Assembly: GCA_977017575.1 (NCBI GenBank)
Contig: CDRNVI010000161.1
Coordinates: 1 to 64,000 of the forward strand
DNA length: 64,000 nt
Direction: 5' to 3'
Source: Paramoeba atlantica
Lineage: Eukaryota; Protista; Discosea
Part shown: positions 52,216-64,000 of the stretch, piece by piece
How the letters are laid out: the number at the start of each line of letters is the position of its first letter
How positions within the stretch are numbered: position 1 is the first letter of the stretch
Notes under the pieces: model-generated
Told to the model about the DNA's origin: nothing
Database searches by the model: none
The model's input: the letters and a program-made list of their open reading frames with translations, nothing else
Position numbers and translations under genes: made by a program

Positions 52216-53563
52216 AGAGGTGGGTGAAGTATGTTCTTGAGGTTTATTCTTTTTTCTTTCTCTTTTCTTTTTGTTTTTGTTTTTTTTTGTTTTTTTTTTT
52301 GTTTTTTTTCGATTTTTCTTTTTTTTTTTGTTTTTTCTTCTTTATCATTTTCCTCTTTATCTTTTTCCTCTTTTTAATCTTTTCCCCTCTCTTCTCTTTT
52401 TCTCCCTTTTTCCTTCTCTCTTTCTTTTCTCTTTCTTTTCTCTTTCTTTCTTCATTGGTTTTTTTTTTCTTTTTTTCTTTTGTTTTTTTGTTTTTTTTCT
52501 TTTTTTTCTTTGTTTTTTTTTCTTTTGTTTTTTCTTTTTTTCTTTTTTTTTTGTGTGTTTTTCCTTTTTTTTTCTTTTCTTTTCTTTTCTTTTATCTTTT
52601 GTTTTTTGTCTTCTTTATCTTTTATCTTTCCTCTTTTTAATCTTTCTCCCCCCCTCTTCTCTTTTCTCCTCTTTCCCCTCTTTCTCCTTCTCTTTTCTTT
52701 TCTTTCCTTCTCTTTCTTTCCTTTTAAAACAGTGAAGTCGTTGAATTAGAAAAGAGTGAAATCACGTATCAAAAAAGATCCTTTTTCTTCACAGTTTTTT
52801 TCTTTTCTTTTCTTTTTTTTCTTTTTTTTTTTCTTTTTTCTTTTTTTTTCTCTTTTTTTTCTCTTTTTTCTTTCTTTTCTGTCTTTGTTTTTCTTTTTTT
52901 CTTTTCCTTCTTTTTTTTTTCTTTTTCCTTTTCCTTTTTTTTCCTTTTTTTTCCTTTTCTTTTCTTTTCTTTTTTGTTTTTTTTTGTTGTTTTTTTTTCC
53001 TTTTTTTTCCTTTTCCTCCTCTTTCTCCTTTCTTTTCTTGACAAAGCGAAAATAAAAAGAAAATTGTTGGTTCTCTTTTTTCTCTTTCTCTTTTCCCTCT
53101 TCCTTTCCTTTTTTTTCCTTTTCCTTTTTTCTTTTTCTTTTTTCTTTCTTTTTTTCTTTTTTTCTTCTCTTTGTTTCTTTTATCTTTTCTTTTTTTCTCT
53201 TTTTTTTTCTTTTTTCTTTCTTTTTTCTTTTTTTGTTTTCCTTTTCTTTTTTTCTTTTCTTTTTTTTTTCTTTTCTTTTTCTTTTTTTTCTTTTTTTTTC
53301 TTTTTTTTCTTTTGTTTTTATTTATTTTTTTGTTTATTTTTCTCTTTTTTTTTTTCTTTTCCCTTTCCTTTCCCTTTTCTTTTTTTTTTCTTTCTTTTTT
53401 TTTCCTTTCTGTTTTCTTTCTTTTTTTCATTTTTTTTTGTTCAAAAGATTCGAAAAATCGCAAATGAAAAAGAGAGAAGTTGCCACACAAATTCAAAGTT
53501 GGATAAGGAGGGCAAAGAGAAGAGAGACCAAACAACACAAAAGAGGATTATTTCGTGATAATT

Positions 53564-53614
53564 TTCATACTCTCTGGGTCTGATTTTTCGAATTAGTACC
53601 CCAGAGAGAATGAA
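53564..53614. other. Dispersed hairpin family member (orthologue of 12808-12858)
   Basis: Identical sequence to the A copy. Confidence 0.6.
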
Positions 53615-54181
53615 GAATCCACCAAAAAAAAAAGAAAAGAAGATCCCATCAGTCAGTCAGGGGGATTGGGGGTGTTGTGTCTGTGTTGTTTTGGTGTAAA
53701 GAAATATCCACGTTTTTTTTTGAAACAAAATATCTGGTTTGGTGCTCTTGGATTCTAAAAAAATTGTTCATCATTGGTTTTTTTTTCTTTTTTTCTTTCT
53801 TTTTTTCTTTCTTTTTTTCTTTCTTGTTGTTCTTCTTTTTCTGGCACTGTTTTTCAGGGTTTTTTGGGTCCAACATATTGTGGTTTTATATTAATATTGT
53901 CGTCTCAATAAAACACCACCTCCCTCCCAATATCTTTTTCTTAATTATGTGTGTGGGTCCTTCTTAAAATCCCAATGCCCACAGATAACTGATTGTGTTG
54001 GGAAGAAGGAAAAAAAAGTATCTTTCCACACACACTGAATAAAGAAAAGGAGTGTGTTGTGTGAGTGTCATTCTTCCGCTGCCATTCCAGAAAAAGAAAA
54101 AAAAACTCTTTGGTGAATGTCTCAAAAAGAAAGAAGATTTTTGTTAAAGTTTCAATTTATATTTTTTTATACAAGCTTTTT

Positions 54182-55258
<1,077 letters not shown>

Positions 55259-58200
55259 TTATTTTTTAGCGCTCTACTTTTTTTTCGTTTGTTTTCTGTT
55301 TTTTTTTTGCGTTTTGTTGTTTTTTTGTGGTGAACGAGAGGAGAAGAGAGCGCTCTCTTCTTTCTGTTTGTTTTTGTTTGTTGTGTTTTTGTTTTGTTTG
55401 TTTGTTTTGTTTGTTTGTTTTGTTTTGTGTGTTATTTGTTTTGTTTGTTTTGCCAATCTCACCAACCACCATTGCGCAGTTTTGTGGTGGTGTGTGTTTT
55501 GTGTTTTTTTGTGTTGTGTGAGGGTTTGTTCTTCTCCTCACACCCCCTCCGCCCCCTTCTCTCTCTCTCTCTCACCTCATTTTTTAACACACAGAGGAGA
55601 GAGGAGAAGGGAAAAAGAACCTCTCTCTCTCTTTGATGAAGGGAGATAAAAAGCAAAGAATGCGAAAAGAGGTGGTTTGTGTACTCTCTTCCTCCCTTTT
55701 TTTTTTATCAAACACACTTCTCTTCTCTCACACTCCTGACCATTTTTTTCCCCTTTCTCTCTCTCTTTCTTTCCCCTCTTTCTTTCTCTTCCCTTTCCTT
55801 CACACAGTTCTCAAAGGAACAAAACATAAAAGTGGGGGGGGAAAGGGTGGCGTTTTGGTTCACCCACATAAAAGAGCAAATATTCGGGAACACAACAATC
55901 GAAAGTAGAGGGGCAGTGGGTGAAAAGGGGGAGAGAAGATCACCAGAGAGACACCCAATAGAGAGAGTAATGTTTGTGGTGGATGATCTCTCTTCTCTTT
56001 TTAGCCCTCTTGAGAGGCCTTTCTTCGAGCGTGTGTTTTGGCGATGATGGTGTAATGTTTGGTGTATACTTCTCTTTTGAAAATGTTGGTTATTCACGAA
56101 GAACTTTACCACTGATATATGTTTCTGCTCTCTCTCTCTCTCCTTTCCCAAAAAATCCATGTTTGGTGTTGTTGGTGTGTGATTAGACCCTCTCTCCTCC
56201 CTCCTCTCTCTCTCCCCACTCTCGCTGCTGCGCCCTATCCCTCTGTTTCTTATCATTTTTTCGAGGAGTAAAAGCTCTTTCTTCTTAGTTTTCTTCTTTT
56301 GGAGGGTTCCTTGACACCTTCTTTGTCTCTTGAAATATTTGTTTCTTGGATTGGTGACAGTGATATTGGATTGGATCTCTCTCCTCTTCTTTAAGTGGTA
56401 TGTCCTATCATACTGAAATCAATTGTCTTCTTTCTCGAAAAAAATGTGACTTTCTCGACAAAAGGTATACCTACCACGTATCGGACCCTGTATGTATCGT
56501 TATACTACACACACACACAACACACAACACACAATAAGATTTTTTGCAACACACTGAGAAGGTTACTTTTTTGCATGGATTATTTTTTCTGTCTGTGTTT
56601 GGTGTGTTTTGTTGTTTATATTTTTTGTATTTGTCTCTTTGTGTTTTAAAAATGGGGTGTGTGTGTGTGTGTTAATGTTGTTTTTGTGTTTTTGTTTTGT
56701 TTTGTTTTTTGAGAAGAGGAAGGGAAGGAAGGGAAGGAAGGAAGGAAGGAAGGGTGTGTGAAAAATTTATTAATTTGTACAAAAAATAGTTTGTTGTCTC
56801 TCAAAGCCAAATTCTCAAATTGAAAAAAAGACACGAATCCCCAGATTCCGCTCCAAAAGTTCATCAAGAAGAAAACACACAAAAAGAATGAAAAGAATTT
56901 AGATCACCAAGATTGGTGTATTAATTGAAAGAAGTGTCCCGTCCATTTTGAGGGGAATACGAAATCGTTGTAAATGATTGATGTCCATTTTAAAAGAAGG
57001 TTTTGTGTTCTTGTTAATTTGTTCTTGTTGAACTTGTTTTTTTATTATTTGTTTTATTTTTTGCTTTTGGTATTTTTGGTATTTGTTTTTGTTCTTTTCT
57101 TTTTTGTGGCGATTGGTTTGGTTTGGTTTGGTTGGTTTGTCTGTTATTATTGGAAAGAGTGTTTTTGTTATTGTATTAGTTATTAGTATTTAATTAATTA
57201 AAATTCTCTGATACTAAAATCTGATTCTTCCCCCTCCCCCTTCTCTTAACTAGTGTGAGGACATCTTTTTTGTTTCCTTTGTTACAAAGACCTCCTTCCA
57301 ATCACAACCCTTTTTGAAAATATGAGTGGCACAGGTTTCCCTTTATTTTGTGTTTTGTTGTTTCAGTGTTTCAGTGTTTGGTTTGTTAGTTATTTTGATT
57401 GTGTGGATTTGTTTGTCTTTTTTAGTATGATGTGATTATTCTGTTGTGTTGGTTTGTTGTTGGTTTGTTGTTGGTTTGTTGTTGGTTTATTGTTGGTTTG
57501 TTGTTGGTTTGTTGGTTTGTTGGTTTGTTGGTTTGTTTGTCGTTTTGTTTGTTTGTTGTTGTTGTTGTGTCATTCAGTGTTACTTTTGTTTTGTTTGTTG
57601 TGATTGTGTTTGTTGTGATTGTGATTGTTGTGATTGTAGTTAAGTTATAGTTATTGTTGCTGTTGTTTATGATTGTTTATTGTTTTTCTTGTTGTTTGTT
57701 GTTTATTGTTTGTTGTTGTTTGTTGTTATTGTTGTTATTATGAATTATTGGTTTGTGATTGTGATTGCAATTGTTATGATTGTTGTTACTATTTTTTAAA
57801 ATCATTATTGTTATTATTGTATTGTTTAGTTTGTTGTTGTTATTTGATTGTTATTGCTTTTATTATCATTGTTAATTGTTAAATTGTTAATAATAGAATG
57901 GTGACATCTTTGTTTCTTTGTTATAAGACTCCCTCCACAGGCCTTTTTTTATATTACTCTGTTTCCAACAATCCCGACTATTGTGCCACCGCCAGGTTTT
58001 TCTCTTTTATTTTGTGCTTGTTTTTGTTTTTGTTAATGGTATTGCTGTTGTGGTGGTGATGGTATTTTGATTGTGTTGTTATTTGTTGTTATTTGTTATT
58101 ATTTGTTATTGGTATTCTTGTTGTTCTTGTTGTTCTGTTCTTGTTGTTATTCTTGTTGTTGTTGTTGTTGTTGTTATTCTTGTTGTTATTCTTGTTGTTA

Positions 58201-59890
58201 TTCTTGTTGTTATTCTTGTTGTTATTCTTGTTGTTATTGTTATTTGTTATTCGTATTGTTCTTGTTGTTGTTCTTGTTGTTGTTGCTTGTTGTTGTTCTT
58301 GGTTGTTGTTCTTGGTTGTTGTTCTTGTTGTTGTTCTTGTTGTTATTATTGTTGTTATTATTGTTGCTATTTTGTTTTTATTGTTATTTGTTATTCGTAT
58401 TGTTATTCTTGTTGTCCTTGTTGTTGTTATTTGTTGTTATTTGTTGTTATTTGTTGTTATTATTTGTTATTTGTTGTTGATATTTGTGATTGTAATTATT
58501 ATTGTTGTTGTTGATTTTTTTTTGTGTGTGTTGTGGTTATGTTGTGTTAGTAATTTTAACCAATTTTTCACAGAAAAACACAAAAAAAGAGAGAGTGTGT
58601 GGAATCATCAAGACAAAGATGTGGGTTGGGGATTTTTGGAGGGAGCCAGCCACATATAATGGTTGGTTGGTTCTTTTTGTTCTTTTGTAATATTTATATT
58701 TCTGTTTTGTTGTAATAATATTTTTTTAGTTGGTTAATTTGTCTTCTGTTTTTTGTTTGGAGGGGTGATGTGTGTGTATTTAATCAGTGTTTTGTTTGTT
58801 TGGTTTGTTTGGTTTTGTTGGAGTTAAATATTATTATTGTTAATTGTTTTTGGTCACTTTGTTGGTAGTTGGTACATCAGTGTTTTTGTGTATTGGTTGT
58901 GCATTGGTTGTGCATTGGTTGTGTGTGTAAGTTGGTTGTGTGTTGTCTTGTGTACACACCTTTTTCAAGGTTTATTGTTTGTTTGAACCAACAATCAAAA
59001 ATGACAAGAAGGTTTTCTTTTTTTTTTTTTCGTCTTTCTTTCGTTTCGTCCTTTTTCTTTTTTTTTTTTGTTCTTTTTTTCTTTTCTTTTCTTTTTTTTT
59101 CTTTCTCCCTTTTTTTTTTCTTTTTCTTTTTTTTTTTACTCTGTTCTATATTTTTTTTGATGTTGGTGTTGGTCTTGTGTATGGGGTGTGGTTTTTTGTG
59201 GGGTTGGCGTTTTTCTAGAAGAGGGTTTTAATTGATGTGCAGGTTTTTCTTTTGATTTTTCTTTTGATTTTTCTTTTGATTTTTTGGTTTCTCTTGTTTT
59301 TTTTTTTAAGAACCAAAAGTTTCCACAGACACACTGTGGTTTTTCTCTTTCTGTTTTTTGTTAATATAAATGAGGTTTGCTTTGTGGGGATGGTTTGGGT
59401 TTTTCGTTCGATAAAATGGTGAATGTAGGTGTTTTTGTGGGAATTGTGTACCTTTTTTCTGTGGTGGCACACCTTGTTTTTTTTTTTGGAGGGGGGGGGG
59501 GGTCTTTAATTGGGAGGGGGTTTGTTCAAGTTTTTAGAAAGGAAGAACACACTGTTTTGTTGAGGTTTAAAAGACTAAAAAGGTTATAATATTTGTTCAC
59601 ATAAACAAATGTTGCAGCCTCTTTGGGAATTTTCCAGAATGGACATGAAGATTGGGTTTTGACTCGCACACCACCCTCCATAAATACTTTGTGATGGGTA
59701 AATTAGCCACAGTAGCACCAATTTTGTTGGGGGGGGGTGGGGGACATATTGCCAAAATACATAATTTCCACAATTGTTTTTCAATTTGGTTGGGTGACTT
59801 GAAGGAAGGGGGGGGGAGGTTTTCGGTGGTGGTGTCGTATCTCCCTCAATCCTTTTGAAACCCATTTTTTTTTTCGATTTTTATTGAATT

Positions 59891-59963
59891 GCCTCCGTAG
59901 CTCAGTCGGTAGAGCGCTAGACTCTTAATCTAGTGGCCGCGGGTTCGAGCCCCGCCGGGGGCT
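59891..59963 (+). tRNA. tRNA-Lys(CTT), IGS B
   Basis: Identical to 18749-18821. Confidence 0.97.
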
Positions 59964-60326
59964 GTTTTTTTTTTCTTTTTTTTTCTTTTTTTCTTTTTCT
60001 TTTCTTTTTTTTCTCTTCTCTTTTTTTTCTTTTTTTTTGAACTCGATCTGAACTGAGCTGCTTCTTTGTTGCTCAAAGGTTTTTCTCTCTTTCTTTTTTC
60101 TTTTTCTTTTTTCTTTTTCTTCGTCAATTTGCTCTTTCAAAGGTTTTTTCTCTTCTTTTTTCTTTTTCTTTTTTTTAAACTGGTCTGAGCTGAACTGCTT
60201 CTTTGTTGATCAAAGGTTTTTCTCTCTCTTTCTCTCCCCTTTTTTTTTTCTTTTTTTTTTTTCTTTTTTTTTCTTTTTCTTTTTTCTTTTTTCTTTTTTC
60301 TTTTTTCTCTTTTTTCTTTTTTCTTT

Positions 60327-61047
60327 CACAGCCCGATAGTGAGAGCAAAATTTCCGCCAGTTCCCTATTATGGGCAGTTTTGCCATGGTCGTGTTTTCCA
60401 TACATTTTTTTGAGTTTTTTTTCAATTTTGCAGAATGAACTCGTCTGTTCGAAAGCAATTTTGTTCTTTGAAAAAACAATCTAAGATTCAGAAGAACGTT
60501 TCCCAGGTCTGGACGAGACGGATTTTTGAAAAATTAGTTTCTCTCAAAGTTATCACCCCCACAAGAGAGCCATTTGTCCAACACTTTTTCTTCGTCATTT
60601 TTTTGTTCAAGGCGAAAGGGACACCACATTTTTTGTGGAAAACGCTCATTTGTGTTGGTGTCCTTCTTTTCTTTGCAGAAAATTGACAAAGTGATTGGAT
60701 GACATTGCCTCGTGTGGAAAAAAAGGGTTGAAAGGATCAGAGAGGGTTTGCCACCAATGTAACCAACCAAGAAACCATCAAAAGAGGTGCTTTTGTCACA
60801 CTGTCTTGTCTAGATTTTCTTTTCTCTTTCCACTGAAGATCAAACCATGTTTCTTGAAAAAAAATCCCGGTGGACCACAAAAACCTTGACTCTTTCATGG
60901 ACACAATGCATCCCCTCCTCTTCGCTTGCCATCGCCAAGAAATCAAATTGGGTTTTTTGCCACCGAGTTTTGCTTTATTTGGTTGAAAAGAAATGGTCCT
61001 CAACTTTGTGCTAGTGGCGGAAATTTCGCGCCCACTATCCAGCTGTG
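60327..61047. mobile_element. About 720-bp non-autonomous TIR element (CACAGC...GCTGTG termini), unit B only
   Basis: Left end CACAGCCCGATAGTGAGAGCAAAATTTCCGCCAGT versus reverse complement of right end CACAGCTGGATAGTGGGCGCGAAATTTCCGCCACT (35 bp, imperfect). TTT flanks both sides. Confidence 0.8.
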
Positions 61048-62893
61048 TTTTTCTTTTCTATTTCTTTTTTTTTGAACTTGGTCTCTCGCTCTTTTTTTCT
61101 CTTTTTTCCCCTTTTTTCCTTTTTTTTCTTTTTTTTTTTCTTTTTTTTTTTTTCTTTTTTTTTTTCTTTTCTTTTTTTTCTCTTCTCTTTTTTTTCTTTT
61201 TTTTTTTCTCCATCTGAACTCAACTGCTTCTTTGTTGCTCAAAGGTTTTTCTCTCTTTCTTTTTTCTTTTTCTTTTCTTTTTTCTTTCTTTTTTTTCTTT
61301 TTTTTCTTTTTTTTTTCTTTTTTTTTTCTTTTTTTTTTCTTTTTTTTTTCTTTTTTTTTTTTTCTTTTTTTCTCTTTTTTTTTTCTTTTTCTTTTCTTTT
61401 TTTCTTTCCAAAGGTTTTTTCTCTTCTTTTTCTTTTTTTTCTTTTCAAAGGTTTTTTCTCTCTTCTTTTTCTCTCTCTTTTTTTTGTTTTTTTTTGAACT
61501 CGGTCTGAACTGAACTGCTTCTTTGTTGCTCAAAGGTTTTTCTCTCTTTCTCTCTCTTTTTTTCCTTTCTTTTTCTTTTTTTTTTTCCTTTTTCTTTTTC
61601 CTTTTTCTTTTTCCTTTCTTTTTCTTTTTTTTTTTCCTTTTTCTTTTTCCTTTTTCTTTTTCCTTTTCTTTTCCTTTTTCTTTTTTAACCTGATGTGGGG
61701 CTACCTTCTTTTGCTCTTTGAAATGTTTTTCTTTTTCTCTCTCTTTTTCTCTCTCTTTTTCTCTTCTCTCTTTTTTCTTTCTCTTTTTAAACTTGGTCTG
61801 AGTTGAACCGCTTCTTGTCAATTTGCTCTTTCAAAGGTTTTTTCTCTTCTTTTTTTTTTCTTTTTTTTTTTCTTTTTCTTTTTCTTTTCTTTTCTTTTCT
61901 TTTCTTTTTTCTTTTCTTTTCTTTCTTTTTTTAAAACCTAATTATGTCGAACTACCTTCTTGTTGATTTACTCTTTCAAAAGTTTTTTCTTTTCTTTTTT
62001 TCTTTTTTTTTCTTTTCTTTTTTCTTTTTTTTCTTTGGATGGGCCACCCGTGTTGGATAATATGGATAATTGTGGGGGTGGTTAAATATTGGAGGGGGGG
62101 TGGGGTTGTGTTGACAAGGTTTTAGGGATGGAATAAAATAGGAGAGGGGCAAGGTCTATTTTGATTTTTTTTGGGGGGGGGTGGTAAATTTGCAATGGAT
62201 ATATTGAAAAAAAACTAAAAAGGCTTTCATATTTGTTCACAGAAACAAATGTTGCAGCCTCTTTGGAACATTTTTCAAAGGAGTGATGAGTTACGTGGAG
62301 ATATACAGATTACATATATAACACACAATACACACAGCCTGCTTTGTTCTCTCTTTTGTGTTGCCAGATGAAACTTTTTTTTTTTCCTCTTCTTTTTTTT
62401 TTCCTTTTTCTTTCTTTCATCTTTTTTCTTCCTTCTTTTTTCTTCCTTTCTTTTTCTTAAAATGATGGACCCACCCTCAATTTGATGTTGTTGTGGGTTT
62501 GAGTGTGGTATAAATGTTTCTCTACTACCCCCCCCCCTCCTTTGGCCCCACCACACAACACAAAAACAAATTTCACAAAGCTCACTTGTTATGTTGAATA
62601 AATAAAAAAAAGTGTTTTTTGTTGTCCTTTTCAAATTAAATTCTTGATTTCATTCTCAATTTTTTTTTGTTTTTCATAGTGTGTGTGGAGTGTGCAGTGT
62701 GGTGTGTGTGTGGGGGTTTGTGATTTCCTTTGAACTTTTTGTGGAAATTCTTTTTTGATACAAAGAGAAAGAAAAAGGGAAAAGCAAACTCATGAGTTGA
62801 GAGGTGAAAGAACAAAAAAAGGGTTGTTCAAAAGAAAGAACAAAGAAGAATAAAATAAGACTTTTTGGGGAAAAAAAGGGGTAAGTAAAGAAA

Positions 62894-62915
62894 TGACGTG
62901 GCATTATTTGATTGG
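62894..62915 (-). promoter_or_regulatory. CCAAT-N9-CCACGTCA composite, unit B
   Basis: Identical to 22949-22970. Confidence 0.5.
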
Positions 62916-63688
62916 TCCACTTTTTTAGAACTCCAAAATTAGCTTTTCTGGGTCAAAAAAGCTGCTCTTTCTTCTCAGAGGGGTTACATACCTCATAGAT
63001 GCTCTCTCTTATTGTAAATGGAAGGAAAACATAGTCCTATTCAATCGTGACTTTTTGTAATGTCTATATTAAGAAAAGTGAGTAAAAACAGATTTGAATT
63101 GAGTTTAAAAGGTCAATCTCAGTTTTGTTTGGATCTCTTTTCATTGAAAAATATCTCGGACATTTTTGTGACATTTTTTGCTTGAAGTTTTTGTAACTTC
63201 AGACAATAAAATTTCAAAAAAATGTGGGAGTTATTTTTTATTTTGTCTGTTTCAAATATTTGAAACAAAACAAAATTGAATTTGTGGAAGGTGATTTTTT
63301 TGTTGATTCAAAAGACAGAAAAAACAACCAACTTCAATTTCTGAATAAGAAAATCATTTTTCTTCTTTTCTTTTTTTTCTTTTCCTTTTCTGGAAATAAA
63401 AAAAAATAAAAAGAATTATCTTTTTCTTTCAGTTTATTTCTCTCTCTTTTGAAAATTTGGAAACAGAATACATTTGTTTTCAAATTATTTCATGAAGAGG
63501 TTCAATGAGAAATTGCAAAGAGGATTTCTTTGTTGGAAAATTGAATTCTAACGAAAAACAAAAAACTTATTTTTTTGATAACAAAAAATTGATAAAATAC
63601 TTTGAATTCTTTTCGAAGCTACTTTTTCTTTTTTCCCAATTGGGGGAAGAAGAAAAAAATAGTCTTTTTTTTTTGGAAAAAAAATAGT

Positions 63689-64000
63689 TATCTGGTTGAT
63701 CCTGCCAGTAGTCATATGCTTGTCTTAAAGACTAAGCCATGCATGTCTAAGTATAAACACTTGTACTGTGAAACTGCGAATGGCTCATTAAATCAGTTAT
63801 AATTTATTTGATGGTCCTTTATTTTACTACTTGGATAACCGTGGTAAATCTAGAGCTAATACATGCATAAAATCCTAACTCCTTTGAGAGAAGGGATGTA
63901 TTTATTAGATACAAAAACCAATGCAATCCTTTGGGGTTGGTTAACATATGGTGAATCATGATAACTTTACGAATCGTATGGTCTTTTGTGCCGACGATAG
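63689..64000 (+). rRNA. 18S rRNA, second copy (5' 312 nt, truncated by window end)
   Basis: Starts TATCTGGTTGATCCTGCCAG and differs from the first copy at 9 positions by eye. Confidence 0.99.

Overview
AT-rich eukaryotic nuclear DNA. An 18S of about 2.1 kb with AT-rich variable regions suggests an amoebozoan, possibly Paramoeba/Dactylopodida-like (inference, not searched). The window covers about 1.6 turns of a tandem rDNA array whose unit is 39,952 bp from 18S start to 18S start (23737 and 63689). It holds one complete 18S-5.8S-28S operon, the start of the next 18S, the distal part of the upstream spacer (IGS A, 1-23736) and one complete spacer (IGS B, about 30573-63688). The spacers carry Pol III genes (5S rRNA, a 5S pseudogene, tRNA-Gly/Met/Lys), Pol II genes (polyubiquitin in both units, a PB1-like acidic coiled-coil gene in A only), a 193-bp satellite and many transposon remnants. 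These are a CRE-like RLE retrotransposon whose poly(A) abuts the 5S terminator, a Crypton-like tyrosine-recombinase element with a perfect 41-bp terminal hairpin right behind tRNA-Lys, a TIR element near the same site in the next unit, an L1-like LINE with RNase H, and hAT/Mutator-like, Harbinger-like and piggyBac-like transposases. Adjacent units are poorly homogenised: multi-kb indels, 3 versus 4 ubiquitin repeats, a divergent candidate Pol I promoter block and compensatory substitutions in 18S. The transposons show CpG->TpG/CpA decay on both strands, consistent with 5mC silencing, while rRNA, tRNA and host-like genes keep their CpGs. Protein family calls come from motif recognition by eye, and element boundaries are approximate.
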